From Candidatus Poribacteria bacterium (GTDB taxonomy: Bacteria > Poribacteria > WGA-4E > WGA-3G): a stretch of DNA of 64,000 bases. Position 1 is the first letter of the stretch, and each line of letters begins with the position of its first letter. The stretch lies in contig OZ243935.1 of assembly GCA_965214045.1 (NCBI GenBank), forward strand, positions 2,578,409-2,642,408. The letters are read 5' to 3'. Under the pieces are notes generated by a model. The model saw nothing but the letters and a program-made list of their open reading frames with translations, searched no databases and had not been told where the DNA came from. The position numbers and the translations under genes are program-made. Shown here one piece after another: positions 52,089 through 62,105 of the stretch.

Positions 52089-52835
52089 ATGCTTACATTC
52101 TATCTGGCAATTGCGGTGACGACGGTTCCACTCGGAGCGGGAATCGCTTTTGTTTCGCGGGGGCAGCAAAAACATTTCGGACATATTTTTGGATTGACAG
52201 CGGGCGCAGTACTCGGCATTGTCTTGGTTATGATGATGCACCTTTACACCGAGGTAGGTTACATCACAATCCTTGTGATGTGGGGTGGGTTTTTCCTAAT
52301 TTCAGCAGTAGAACATCTCACGACACATCGACGCGGCGACACGGAGAGGCACACAAACAGTGCAGACAAGAGATGGGGCATCAACTTAACCGTTCTCGGA
52401 CTATCGTTGCATTCACTGACAGACGGACTTAATTTGGTTATCGCCGCGAGAGAGGAGATGCTTGGTGGAGCACTTGCATTTGGCATACTGGTCCATCGTC
52501 TACCAGTCGGGACGTTTATCGCCGTCGCGCTCCTCCGGAATCATACCTTTGGTAAGGCACTGCTTCGGCTAACACCGCTGATACTTGGACCGGTTATCGG
52601 AGTAGTGCTCGGGGAACAGCTCCTCCGTGGGGCGTTTGGTGAATTGGCAAACTATCTGACAGCATTCGCTGTTGGTACGCTTTTACATGTTGTGATGGAC
52701 GGGTTTCGGGGCAACTATACTGTCGACAAGATAGGTTTGAGTCGTTTTGAAAAAGTGCTTTTTGTCATCGGATTCGTCTTGACCTTTTGCGTTATCTATT
52801 TCTTTCAGGGATTTGAGGGTGAACATCTTCACTAA
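52089..52835 (+). CDS. ZIP-family divalent metal transporter
   Basis: Polytopic membrane protein. Motifs LSLHSLTDGLNL and GILVHRLPVG are ZupT-like. Confidence 0.7.
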   Translation: MLTFYLAIAVTTVPLGAGIAFVSRGQQKHFGHIFGLTAGAVLGIVLVMMMHLYTEVGYITILVMWGGFFLISAVEHLTTHRRGDTERHTNSADKRWGINLTVLGLSLHSLTDGLNLVIAAREEMLGGALAFGILVHRLPVGTFIAVALLRNHTFGKALLRLTPLILGPVIGVVLGEQLLRGAFGELANYLTAFAVGTLLHVVMDGFRGNYTVDKIGLSRFEKVLFVIGFVLTFCVIYFFQGFEGEHLH

Positions 52836-52885
52836 GAATAGCCGTTGGCAATCAGGTCGTTTTTTTTCTTCCGAAAAAAAACTTT

Positions 52886-52971
52886 CAGTGGTCAGTAAAT
52901 CATTACGTCAGTTGCAAACGATTTTTACCGCTACACGATCCTCTTTGCTGACTGCTAACTGCCGATTGCTG
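52886..52971. repeat. heptamer palindromic element ending at the next gene's ATG
   Basis: CAGTGGTCAGTAAATCATTACGTCAGTTGC ... TGCTGACTGCTAACTGCCGATTGCTG followed by ATG 52972. Confidence 0.7.
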
Positions 52972-55449
52972 ATGGCTTCTTTGCTAACGGCTTTCTTCTG
53001 CATTGTCGTGTTCGTCCTACCAGTGAGGAGCGATCAAATTCCGATTGCGGTATCTGGTGAACCGAGAGCGACACTTCAGGTCGGCGCGAACGCCTCGGAA
53101 CAGGAACAGTTCGCAGCCACCGAAATCCAATCCTTTATTCAACAATTCACAGGTGCCAAACTTGACATCCGTACCAATCGTCAACCAACGGAGACACAAA
53201 CGGTGATTGTGCTTGGCACCCCAAGCTCGAATCCGACGATAGCAGGGTTACAGGCGAATGTGGAACTGGCGTTGGCGAAAGAACTCGGAGACGAAGGCTA
53301 TCGTATCAAAACGGTAGAGGTCGGCACAGAGATCGTCATTGTTGTGACAGCGCATACCGAGAGAGGCGTGGTCTATGGGGCGTATGCCTTCATTGAAAAT
53401 TGTATTACGGCGTTGACGGGTTTAAAGCCTGTCCATCCAGAGTTACCCGTCGCCAAAGCACAAGTACTGCTCGTGCCGTTCATGAACGAGACTTCATCAC
53501 CATTTTATCCCGTGCGTGCTGTCTTGGAGATAGAGGATCCGGACTGGCTTGCACGCCACCGTATCAACATGAGTGGTGGCGAAGGCGTTTGGACAGGCAC
53601 GGGTATTGAAGATGGGTTCGGGACGGCGTTTAAATATGTGGATGCCCCCGCGTTTGAAGCTTTGCAGGATGAACCGATAGGACAGCGGCGAGAACGCATC
53701 GCAGTGCTACAGAATCGGTTTGATGCACTCGAACGGCGTGGCATTGATGCCTATCTTTTCATGTATGTAACTGGCGAACCGACAGAGGCACTGATTCAAC
53801 AGCGTCCCGATGTTCTTGGACCGAGGGTGCTTTACGGGGCTTCTCGGAATGAGGTATCTTATCGTCCGTTCTGCTGGTCAAAACCCGCGTTTCATACGCT
53901 TGCGAGGGAACTGACACAGTCGATCGTGCGCGCCTATCCTGCGCTTGCCGGTTTTCATCTACGTTCTTGGGGGCATGAGACACGTGCGTGTGATTGTCCT
54001 GACTGTGGTGATAGGACGGAACAGGGACAAGCAAAACTTTGGCAAGTCTACTTTACGATTATCAACGCTGCTCGCGAAGTGCGTCCGGACTTCAAATTTT
54101 ATATCTCCGGGTATGACAGCAGTTGGCTCAAGGATGCCGCTGGCGTTTATGCACAGCAGCTGCCGAAAGGAACTATTTTCTCGCGGAAATGGGGCGCAGA
54201 TGGCGAACCCGTCGCGAGCGCAGGTTTACCTATCCCACAAGTCAGGGCACTCGGAGAAATCGGGCATCGCTTTATAGTCCTTTCGCATGAAGTAGAGGAG
54301 GTGATGCCGCTCTGGATGCTCGAGAGTGATCTGTTCGTGCAAGGTGTTCGGCAACTTGCCAATAACCCCGAAGTCATCGGTCTCGGTGGGTTTACTGTCC
54401 AAGGCGCGACACAAGGGTTAGGGTACCTCGATCGCCTTGTCAGTGCAAGCCTTAATTGGGATATCAACCTTGATCATTATCAACTCCTCCGAAACGAGTT
54501 GATTGCCCGGTACGGCACCGAAGCCGCACCACATATTCTGAATGCCTTGCGGGTGAACGGATGGAACATGGCAAGTTATTTCACGGATTATGCTGGTTCT
54601 TTGACCGTAGGTGGCACTTATGGCAGCGGATCCGCCGGACTCGCAACGCGATTCTGGGCATTGATTGGACCACGGGCTGTTGAAGATACATTGGCTATTC
54701 CAGAACTGGATATTGTGAAACTCGCTGTGGACCGGTTCACGGCACTTTTGGCACCACAACAGCAGGCGGCAAACGAGATACGAGTCGCATACGAGATCGC
54801 AGAGCCTTTTGATCTGGAAGCAACCGAGGATTTACGCGATGCCGTCCACTTAATGGAATTGTGGGTCCTGTTCTTTGAAAGTCGAGCCAAGTTGGTAGAA
54901 GCGATAGCACTCGGCTATGAGCCTGGAACAGAGCAGGCAATCCGTGCAAAAATTACAAGTGCAATAGAATTTTCAAAGTCCATACAACCACATATCAAAG
55001 GAATTGAGGAATTTATCCCACTCTTCGGATATTCGCATCGGACGATTGAAGCGGAATTACTGAGTACCTTAAACACAGAAGTCGCTTGGTTAACGAGTTT
55101 CGATTATAAGACGCTCCAGAAACATGATGAGGACTTCTCACCAGAGGAAACCCCTTACCGAATTTGGGATGTTCATAACTTCCCGAATCCGCTGAAAGAA
55201 GAAACAACATTTACCTATCAGTTATCATTGGATTCAGATGAAGTCTCTATCACGATTTATGCTACATCCGGACGGGTTGTAAATGTCTTGAAAGGGGCTT
55301 CTGGAAACGAAGGCTACAACGAGTTTATGTGGGATGCACGAGACGCTGACGGGCTATTACTTGCCAATGGTGTTTATTTTTTCAGGATACGTGCTGTCGT
55401 CGGAGACCAGATAGCACAGACACTCGGACGCTTGGCAGTGTTACGATAA
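52972..55449 (+). CDS. secreted putative glycoside-hydrolase-like protein (DUF4838-like N-terminal region) with T9SS/FlgD-type C-terminal domain
   Basis: I prefer ATG 52972 (MASLLTAFFCIVVFVLPVRS signal peptide) over ORF-track start 52813, which overlaps the ZIP gene. Motif GDEGYRIKTV...ERGVVYGAYAFIE. C-terminal NFPNPLKEETTFTY...GVYFFRI. Confidence 0.7.
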   Translation: MASLLTAFFCIVVFVLPVRSDQIPIAVSGEPRATLQVGANASEQEQFAATEIQSFIQQFTGAKLDIRTNRQPTETQTVIVLGTPSSNPTIAGLQANVELALAKELGDEGYRIKTVEVGTEIVIVVTAHTERGVVYGAYAFIENCITALTGLKPVHPELPVAKAQVLLVPFMNETSSPFYPVRAVLEIEDPDWLARHRINMSGGEGVWTGTGIEDGFGTAFKYVDAPAFEALQDEPIGQRRERIAVLQNRFDALERRGIDAYLFMYVTGEPTEALIQQRPDVLGPRVLYGASRNEVSYRPFCWSKPAFHTLARELTQSIVRAYPALAGFHLRSWGHETRACDCPDCGDRTEQGQAKLWQVYFTIINAAREVRPDFKFYISGYDSSWLKDAAGVYAQQLPKGTIFSRKWGADGEPVASAGLPIPQVRALGEIGHRFIVLSHEVEEVMPLWMLESDLFVQGVRQLANNPEVIGLGGFTVQGATQGLGYLDRLVSASLNWDINLDHYQLLRNELIARYGTEAAPHILNALRVNGWNMASYFTDYAGSLTVGGTYGSGSAGLATRFWALIGPRAVEDTLAIPELDIVKLAVDRFTALLAPQQQAANEIRVAYEIAEPFDLEATEDLRDAVHLMELWVLFFESRAKLVEAIALGYEPGTEQAIRAKITSAIEFSKSIQPHIKGIEEFIPLFGYSHRTIEAELLSTLNTEVAWLTSFDYKTLQKHDEDFSPEETPYRIWDVHNFPNPLKEETTFTYQLSLDSDEVSITIYATSGRVVNVLKGASGNEGYNEFMWDARDADGLLLANGVYFFRIRAVVGDQIAQTLGRLAVLR

Positions 55450-55468
55450 AAAGAAAAGGAGGTTAACG

Positions 55469-56569
55469 ATGCTGCGTATATGTACATGTCTGACGCTCTT
55501 ACTTTCGATAATCGGTTGTAAATCGCAAACTTTGCAAGAACATCTTTTAGAACCACCACCACCGCTCATCAATTTTGCGCTGAGCCGAAATGGGGCAATC
55601 GCGGATGCTTCACAGTCCGTTCCAAACCATCGCGCAGCAGAGATAATCGATGGTGATACTAACTCTGAGACGTGGGATGAAGGCAGTGGATGGGGGAGTA
55701 GTTTAGAGCATCTGCGGACCTCAGATCTTAACAAGCGTTCTTATGTATCCGTGACGCTCGCTAAACCGGTCGATATTCGTAAAATTGTTATGTGGACGAT
55801 CGACTCCGAGAAATATCCAGCACCACGATTTGGGTTGAAGGACTATCGGATTGAGTATTGGCACGGCACCGGTTGGGGACTTATTCCATCGGGCGATACG
55901 AAAGACAAGCAGTATACAGCGCGAGATAATACCAAAGGTAAACGGGTTCATGAAGTCCGCCAGCGCCTAATAGCGAGCAAGGTCCGGCTCGTTCCTGTTT
56001 CCTCGAATGATACGGTCCGCAATTACCAACACATGGCAGGCAAGCGACCTGTATATGAGGTGGAAGGCACTGCACGAGTTATGGAATTGGAAATTTGGGG
56101 GTATGCCGCACCGGAAGTGCATACACTCAAACAGATTGCACAAGGGATCCCGCCAGAATCAATGGCGCATCCTGTAGCAACAGAGACACAGAAAGGTGAA
56201 AATCAAACCGAACCGACGATCAAAGAGATTATTCAGCGCGTCTTAAACCGATATGAACTCGGATACGACATGGCGGACCTAACGGAGGTTATGTCCTGTT
56301 TTTCAGAGGCGTATCACTCCAATGGTCGCACCTATCAAGACGTTAAAACAAAGGCATCCGAGTTTTTTGAAGTTTATCATCAGATTGATATGACACTGAC
56401 CAACATTGACATCCATCCGAACATAGTTGATGATACGGCGATTGTAACGGGTGGCTACACGTTGCAATATGCCCCGAAAGTGAACGGTCAGGTTGAGCAG
56501 ACATCTGGCAAATTGACGTTGGTTTTCGCGAATGAAGCGGAAACATGGCGCATTATCCGGGCAGAATAA
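55469..56569 (+). CDS. lipoprotein with galactose-binding-like (F5/8 type C-like) and C-terminal NTF2/SnoaL-like domains
   Basis: AAGGAGG SD and lipobox LSIIGCKS. The C-terminal LNRYELGYDMADLTEVMSCFSEAYHSNG...ETWRIIRAE looks NTF2-like. Confidence 0.65.
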   Translation: MLRICTCLTLLLSIIGCKSQTLQEHLLEPPPPLINFALSRNGAIADASQSVPNHRAAEIIDGDTNSETWDEGSGWGSSLEHLRTSDLNKRSYVSVTLAKPVDIRKIVMWTIDSEKYPAPRFGLKDYRIEYWHGTGWGLIPSGDTKDKQYTARDNTKGKRVHEVRQRLIASKVRLVPVSSNDTVRNYQHMAGKRPVYEVEGTARVMELEIWGYAAPEVHTLKQIAQGIPPESMAHPVATETQKGENQTEPTIKEIIQRVLNRYELGYDMADLTEVMSCFSEAYHSNGRTYQDVKTKASEFFEVYHQIDMTLTNIDIHPNIVDDTAIVTGGYTLQYAPKVNGQVEQTSGKLTLVFANEAETWRIIRAE

Positions 56570-56606
56570 CCCACGATTTCAAACTGCGGCGACAAAGGAT
56601 CTGAAA

Positions 56607-57431
56607 ATGGTACAAGAGCAGTCCAATCTTTGGGCAAAATCATACATCAGTGATGGATATTTACTGCTTCCAGATATCATTACACTGGAAGAATGTAATG
56701 ACCTGAAAGCAGAAATGCTAAAAATCTTTCGTGGAGATTACCGCTGTGAGGCGATCCCACCGATGCCGGAAACGGCAAGCGAAATGGAAATTTTGGATAG
56801 AATCATGTGTGTTGGCGAACCACATGTCTTTAGTCCCTTAATTCGGCGTTATATTGAACATCCAAAAATCTGTGAAGTCCTTCGGACGATTGTTGGGGCA
56901 CACATCCCATTTTGGGAGGGTGGTGTGAAATGTATGCAGTCGATGATGTTGAGCAAAGTGCCGGGACATACGGGGAACCCATGGCATCAGGACGAACACC
57001 CGATTCCGACGCGTGATCGATCGCTGCTCGGTGTGTGGATTACATTAGATGATGCCACAGTTGAAAACGGTTGTCTCTGGGTTTTACCCGATAGCCACCG
57101 CTCTGGTGTAATTTATGACCGTTTCCCACACGACAAACGCCATGAATTCGACAGTTGTCACGAAGCAGCCGGGTTTGATGACACCGGCGAAATCCCGATT
57201 GAGATGGCAGCCGGTAGCGTTCTCTTTTTCAACGGTTACCTTTTACACCGTTCCAAGAAGAATCGGAGCGATACATTTCGGCGTATCCTTGTGAGCCACT
57301 ATTGCTCAACAGCGTCGTGGTTAGGCTGGAAGGGACAACGGAATTATCGCGGGGTTGTTACCGTCGCAGGCGAAGATCCTTACATTGACGAAGGCTATGC
57401 CACACCAAATACCTGGGCACGATGGGAGTAG
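56607..57431 (+). CDS. phytanoyl-CoA dioxygenase (PhyH) family protein
   Basis: I prefer ATG 56607 (AAGGA SD). Motifs PWHQDE, LWVLPDSH and LLHRS. Confidence 0.85.
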   Translation: MVQEQSNLWAKSYISDGYLLLPDIITLEECNDLKAEMLKIFRGDYRCEAIPPMPETASEMEILDRIMCVGEPHVFSPLIRRYIEHPKICEVLRTIVGAHIPFWEGGVKCMQSMMLSKVPGHTGNPWHQDEHPIPTRDRSLLGVWITLDDATVENGCLWVLPDSHRSGVIYDRFPHDKRHEFDSCHEAAGFDDTGEIPIEMAAGSVLFFNGYLLHRSKKNRSDTFRRILVSHYCSTASWLGWKGQRNYRGVVTVAGEDPYIDEGYATPNTWARWE

Positions 57432-57442
57432 TCTAAACAACG

Positions 57443-57474
57443 CACCTGACCGAACCGCAAGGAAAGTTAAAAAT
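57443..57474 (+). promoter_or_regulatory. Box B copy
   Basis: CACCTGACCGAACCGCAAGGAAAGTTAAAAAT followed by ATG 57475. Confidence 0.55.
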
Positions 57475-58290
57475 ATGAAACTGACAGAACATCAAGTGAA
57501 TTTTTTCAATACTTTCGGCTATCTCGCAATACCAGGCATGTTTTCCCCAAGCGAGGTAGAATGGATAATCGAAGAATTTGAGGTATCGATTCAGGAATTT
57601 GGAGGCGGCAAAAATCATGATGGCACAAGCCGCACAATGTTCGGCGGTCCGATAGAGCATCGCCCTCGACTCTGTACCCTCCTTGATGATGAACGAGTTA
57701 AAGGACTCATCGGTGGTGTGATCGGTGAAGACTTCAACTACGCTGGGGGCGATGGGAACTATTACACCGGCGATACCGGCTGGCATCCTGATGGAAGCTG
57801 GGGACGCCTCTTCGCTTGTAAGGTGGCATTTTATCTCGATCCTTTGACGAAAGACACAGGCTGCTTACGGATCATTCCCGGTAGCCAGAATCCGGCGCAC
57901 TTCGTCAGAGCCGGAAAAATCGATCCAAATCAATCAGAGACGTTATACGGTATACCGCCGCGCGATTTTCCAACCAGTGTTGCATTGGAGAACACACCCG
58001 GCGATGTCGTGATTTTCAACCACGACACCTATCACGCAGCATTTGGTGGTGGGACCCGGAGACGGATGTTCACCATGAATTGCACACAACATTGTACGAC
58101 CGAGCCAGATTTAGAGACGCTTCATCAGTACTTGAGTGTCCATTCAGCAGGTGGATATAAAATTGAGACAGGCGCGGGTATGTTTTTCCCAACGATGGTT
58201 GACACTGCGGACGCAAAACGACAAATCCATCTCCAGCAATGTAGTAATATCCATGACGAATTGTTTCCGCAATACGCTCGACGGTCTTAG
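57475..58290 (+). CDS. phytanoyl-CoA dioxygenase (PhyH) family protein
   Basis: I prefer ATG 57475 (MKLTEHQVNFFNTFGYLAIPGMF), directly after Box B. ORF-track start 57355 overlaps the previous gene. Motifs GWHPD and TYHAA. Confidence 0.85.
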   Translation: MKLTEHQVNFFNTFGYLAIPGMFSPSEVEWIIEEFEVSIQEFGGGKNHDGTSRTMFGGPIEHRPRLCTLLDDERVKGLIGGVIGEDFNYAGGDGNYYTGDTGWHPDGSWGRLFACKVAFYLDPLTKDTGCLRIIPGSQNPAHFVRAGKIDPNQSETLYGIPPRDFPTSVALENTPGDVVIFNHDTYHAAFGGGTRRRMFTMNCTQHCTTEPDLETLHQYLSVHSAGGYKIETGAGMFFPTMVDTADAKRQIHLQQCSNIHDELFPQYARRS

Positions 58291-58338
58291 GTTTTAGCAT
58301 TTCCATTGCAATCCCTACGCTTTTTATGGTATTTTATA

Positions 58339-58555
58339 GTTGTCAGTTATCAATTATCAGCTTTATAGTAAAGCCCGAAAATATCTGCACACCGCTGGTA
58401 GGGTCTTTCACCTAACCGCACCGAGTTTGGTGTAAAATTAATTACAGAATCCACTATAAGAGTTATCAGTTGTCAATTATCAGTTATGAGTTAAAGAGGA
58501 CCCTGGTTACACGAAAACCTCTTAACCGACAACTGAGAACCGACAACCGATAGCC
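58339..58555. repeat. cluster of three heptamer arrays
   Basis: GTTGTCA GTTATCA ATTATCA (58339-58361). GTTATCA GTTGTCA ATTATCA GTTATGA GTTAAAG (58462-58496). Inverted AACCGAC AACTGAG AACCGAC AACCGAT AGCC (58524-58555). Confidence 0.8.
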
Positions 58556-58563
58556 ATAAAAAA

Positions 58564-61074
58564 ATGGTTCCATCTTTATTTAGCAAGCATTTAGGGCACA
58601 TTGGTAGAAATGTTATCTCCGCGGCACTCATCTGTGGGATAAGCACATTTTGTGTTGCTGCGCCGCCAAAGGCACGTACCCACTTGCCTTCAAGTTCCAT
58701 CGCTATGAGTGATGATGCCCTTGCTACCTTCTTTAATCCATCTGGACTTGCCGCAGGACACGGTCTGAACCTATACTACCTCCGAACATATCAAAGCGAT
58801 TGGGCAGGCGATGACGCTTTCTTTCTTGCTGTCCCTGGCGCAGGGTTCGGTATGGAATTCGGCACTGCCGATGCTGATACTGACTTCACGCGCTATACGT
58901 TTTCGGGTGGCTATCATCTCGGAAGTGCTCTCTATTGGGGGACAAGTTACAGTTGGATGAATTCAGACAATGAGGGATACGACAGATTTCGTTCGCTCTC
59001 CATGGGCTTAATGTATCGACGGCGTTATCTCTCAATTGGCGCAGCCGCACGCGATCTCAATCGTCCTAAGTTGCTTGGAGAAAAACTCGGACGCACCTAT
59101 GGTTTGGGATTAGCACTCCGTCCGGGGACCTGGCGCACAACACTCTCAATTGACATGCAGAAAACGCAAGGAATTGAGGGGGTAGAACTCCGTTATGCTT
59201 TGGAGGTCCGCCCGATTCGCGAATTCATGCTCCGCGGTACCCTAAATAATGATCTGAGTTTTGATGTCCGGTTCGGTGTGAATATCGGAAATTGGGGATT
59301 CGGAACCGGCAACGCTTTTGACAACAATCGAGAAGCACAGTCGAGCGTCGGCTATTTTCATTTTTCCAACGCACCCAAAACCAAACCGCTACCCCGCCGT
59401 AGAACGTTCCTTGACCTACCGATGTCCTCCCTCAAACAGGTCCTACCTATCGCAAAATGGGATGACGATGTCGCTGGGGTTCTTGTCCGTATTGACGGGA
59501 GTGGTTACGGTATCGCTCAGCTTCAAGAGATGTCAGATGCCATCTTGGATTTTAGGGAATCAGGACGTGTTGTGCTCTGCTACCTCTCTAATTGTTCCAC
59601 TGGCGACTATATTGTCGCCTCTGCATGCGAAGGTATCCTGATCCATCCGTCTGCTGAGGTCAGGTTAATTGGGATACGCACAGAGCATTCCTTCTACAAG
59701 GGCGCGTTAGACATGCTCGGTATTCGGGCGAATCTTGAGCATCTCGGTGAGTACAAATCCGCATCGGAGGCGTTCACTCGACGCGATATGTCTGAAGCAC
59801 ACCGCGAGATCCAGAACATTATTTTGGATGACCTGTATGAACAACTCATAGATGTAATCGCAACCGGGCGTGGATGGACGCACGAAGGGGTCAAAGAACG
59901 TATTGATGCTGGACCTTACACGGCACGTCAAGCCTTTGCCGCTGAACTGGTGGATAGAATCGTCTATGAGGATGAATTGCATGATGTCGTGACCGAACTC
60001 ACTGATGCCAGGACCGATTTGGTGCCACTGAGTGAATACGTAAAAAGTGGGCTGTACGCGCAAGAGTGGCAAGTGCCAGGACCGCAGGTTGCAATCATTA
60101 AGGCTGAAGGATTGATGTTGACGGGTGATAGTTTCTTCGATCCATTTATGGGTACTCAGGTGATGGGAGCAGATACAATCGCAGGTATTATCAAGGCGGT
60201 AAAAGACGACGATTCCATAAAAGCAGTTGTGTTGCGAATTGACAGCGGCGGTGGACTCGTTGTTGCCGCTGACATTATATGGCGTGAGTTGGTGCGACTC
60301 AAAGAGGTTAAACCGTTCGTGGTATCAATGGGTGATGTGGCAGCATCAGGTGGCTATTACATCGCTGCTCCCGCGGATACAATCGTTGCCGAACCCGGAA
60401 CGATTACCGGGTCTATTGGCGTTGTTGGTGGTAAGTATAGTTTCAAGGGGCTTTATGAGAAACTCGGTATCCATAAGGAGATTCTCAAACGGGGACAGCA
60501 TGCTGATTTTTACACCGATTACGGGGACTATCCACTTACTGAAAAAGCGATCGTACAGAAACAAATTAAAGAGATTTACGACGATTTCATTGAAAAAGTG
60601 GCTCTCGGGCGAACCGGGTTAACAGTCGAGGATGTAGATAGACTTGGACAGGGACGTATCTGGTCAGGCAGACAGGCAAAGGAAAATGGGCTTGTCGATG
60701 AGTTAGGCGGTTTAAGCCTCGCAATCGCAATCGCGCGAGAACACGCAGGATTAGGAAAGAAGTCAATTGGGATCGTCGAATTTCCAAAAAAAACATGGAT
60801 GTCACAACTACTCGGCAACTTTGGACTTCCATTCGTCTCATTGTGGACGGGAAAACACCCAAGCAAAAATACCCCGAATTCCTTTGAAAACATTGTTCCG
60901 CAGGTTCCCTCTATAGGAAACTTGCGCAAGGAAGACAAGGGTGTGGGAACTGAGCCTTGGCTGCAGTTTATTACACAGTACGGTGGCTTGAGCACTACCG
61001 CCAGGCTCCTAAATACAATCAGAAAGCATCGGTTATTTCTTCTTATGCCTTATCATATAAGCGTAGGGAACTAA
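58564..61074 (+). CDS. sppA: signal peptide peptidase SppA (two S49 domains) with ~270-aa N-terminal PorV/PorQ-like beta-barrel extension
   Basis: GDVAASGGYYIAAPADTIVAEPGTITGSIGVVGG. The N-terminal DDALATFFNPSGLA...YYLRTY... resembles the barrel encoded at 62106..63053. Confidence 0.8.
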   Translation: MVPSLFSKHLGHIGRNVISAALICGISTFCVAAPPKARTHLPSSSIAMSDDALATFFNPSGLAAGHGLNLYYLRTYQSDWAGDDAFFLAVPGAGFGMEFGTADADTDFTRYTFSGGYHLGSALYWGTSYSWMNSDNEGYDRFRSLSMGLMYRRRYLSIGAAARDLNRPKLLGEKLGRTYGLGLALRPGTWRTTLSIDMQKTQGIEGVELRYALEVRPIREFMLRGTLNNDLSFDVRFGVNIGNWGFGTGNAFDNNREAQSSVGYFHFSNAPKTKPLPRRRTFLDLPMSSLKQVLPIAKWDDDVAGVLVRIDGSGYGIAQLQEMSDAILDFRESGRVVLCYLSNCSTGDYIVASACEGILIHPSAEVRLIGIRTEHSFYKGALDMLGIRANLEHLGEYKSASEAFTRRDMSEAHREIQNIILDDLYEQLIDVIATGRGWTHEGVKERIDAGPYTARQAFAAELVDRIVYEDELHDVVTELTDARTDLVPLSEYVKSGLYAQEWQVPGPQVAIIKAEGLMLTGDSFFDPFMGTQVMGADTIAGIIKAVKDDDSIKAVVLRIDSGGGLVVAADIIWRELVRLKEVKPFVVSMGDVAASGGYYIAAPADTIVAEPGTITGSIGVVGGKYSFKGLYEKLGIHKEILKRGQHADFYTDYGDYPLTEKAIVQKQIKEIYDDFIEKVALGRTGLTVEDVDRLGQGRIWSGRQAKENGLVDELGGLSLAIAIAREHAGLGKKSIGIVEFPKKTWMSQLLGNFGLPFVSLWTGKHPSKNTPNSFENIVPQVPSIGNLRKEDKGVGTEPWLQFITQYGGLSTTARLLNTIRKHRLFLLMPYHISVGN

Positions 61075-61110
61075 TATCACTTTTGTATCCTGTTCGTGGA
61101 ATAAAATTGT

Positions 61111-61242
61111 AGGACTTACGCACTTCCCTGGTAGGTGCGGAATGTAATACGAGGAATGGATTTGGTCTATTCCCAGACCAAATCCCCTAACCGCACCGAT
61201 TGCGTCCAAATAGATGAAATTTACTGATTTTGCGTAAGTCCT
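61111..61242. mobile_element. MITE-B copy 2 (132 bp)
   Basis: AGGACTTACGCA...TGCGTAAGTCCT. Flanking AATTGT direct repeat. About 98 percent identical to copy 1. Confidence 0.8.
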
Positions 61243-61319
61243 GAATTGTTTAACGCTCGCTGACGAGGGAGGTCCAAGTAAAATACCTCGCTCTCTGAAA
61301 ACTGACTACTACTGAAAAA

Positions 61320-61982
61320 ATGCTGTTCGCCAAGAATTACGCGACACTACGTCGCAAAATGGTTCGGAACCAAATTGAAGCGCGTGGTATCCACAATCCT
61401 CAAGTGCTTGCTGTTATGCGAAAGGTGGAGCGACACCTGTTTGTAAAACCGCAATACCTCAATGTGGCGTATCAGGATGGAGCGTTACCAATCGATTCTG
61501 ACCAAACGATCTCGCAACCGTATATCGTCGCATTGATGACGGACTTGCTGAAGCTTACTTCAACTTCAAAAGTCCTTGAAATCGGAACCGGATGTGGCTA
61601 TCAAACAGCAGTACTGGCAGAATTGGCGAGAGATGTGTATTCTGTTGAGATTATACCCGGACTTGTCGAAAGTGCGACAACGCGATTAAAGGCACTCAAC
61701 TATCGAAACATTCATCTCAAAAATGGAGATGGATATTACGGTTGGCGAGAACACGCCCCTTATGATGCTGTGCTCGTCGCCGCCGCACCTACGGACGTGC
61801 CAGAGCGACTCATTCAACAACTCAAGCCGGGCGGTAGGATGGTGATACCTGTCGGGGGTTCTGAACAAAATCTCCTTTTAATTCGAAAAAGACTTCAAAC
61901 TGGTGAGAATTCGGTACAATCTCTCGAAACCACCGAGATTATCTCTGTCCGTTTTGTGCCGATGACAGATGGACTGAATTAA
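61320..61982 (+). CDS. pcm: protein-L-isoaspartate O-methyltransferase
   Basis: QTISQPYIVALMTDLL and VLEIGTGCGYQTAVLAEL. Confidence 0.9.
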   Translation: MLFAKNYATLRRKMVRNQIEARGIHNPQVLAVMRKVERHLFVKPQYLNVAYQDGALPIDSDQTISQPYIVALMTDLLKLTSTSKVLEIGTGCGYQTAVLAELARDVYSVEIIPGLVESATTRLKALNYRNIHLKNGDGYYGWREHAPYDAVLVAAAPTDVPERLIQQLKPGGRMVIPVGGSEQNLLLIRKRLQTGENSVQSLETTEIISVRFVPMTDGLN

Positions 61983-62105
61983 AGTGGGAGGACTTGTAAC
62001 CCCGAATTCCACTGAGTTGATGCGGGTGCACTTTCAAGGCACATCTTCAGAAAAATAAGATAAATAATCCTAAAAAACATATATCACTATGAAGGAAATA
62101 ATAGA

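Noticed and set aside
58339-58555. Possible CRISPR array (regularly spaced short repeats)
   Set aside because: The units are 7 nt and directly tandem with no unique spacers, the arrays are 3-5 units long and occur in inverted pairs, and there are no cas genes. This is not CRISPR.
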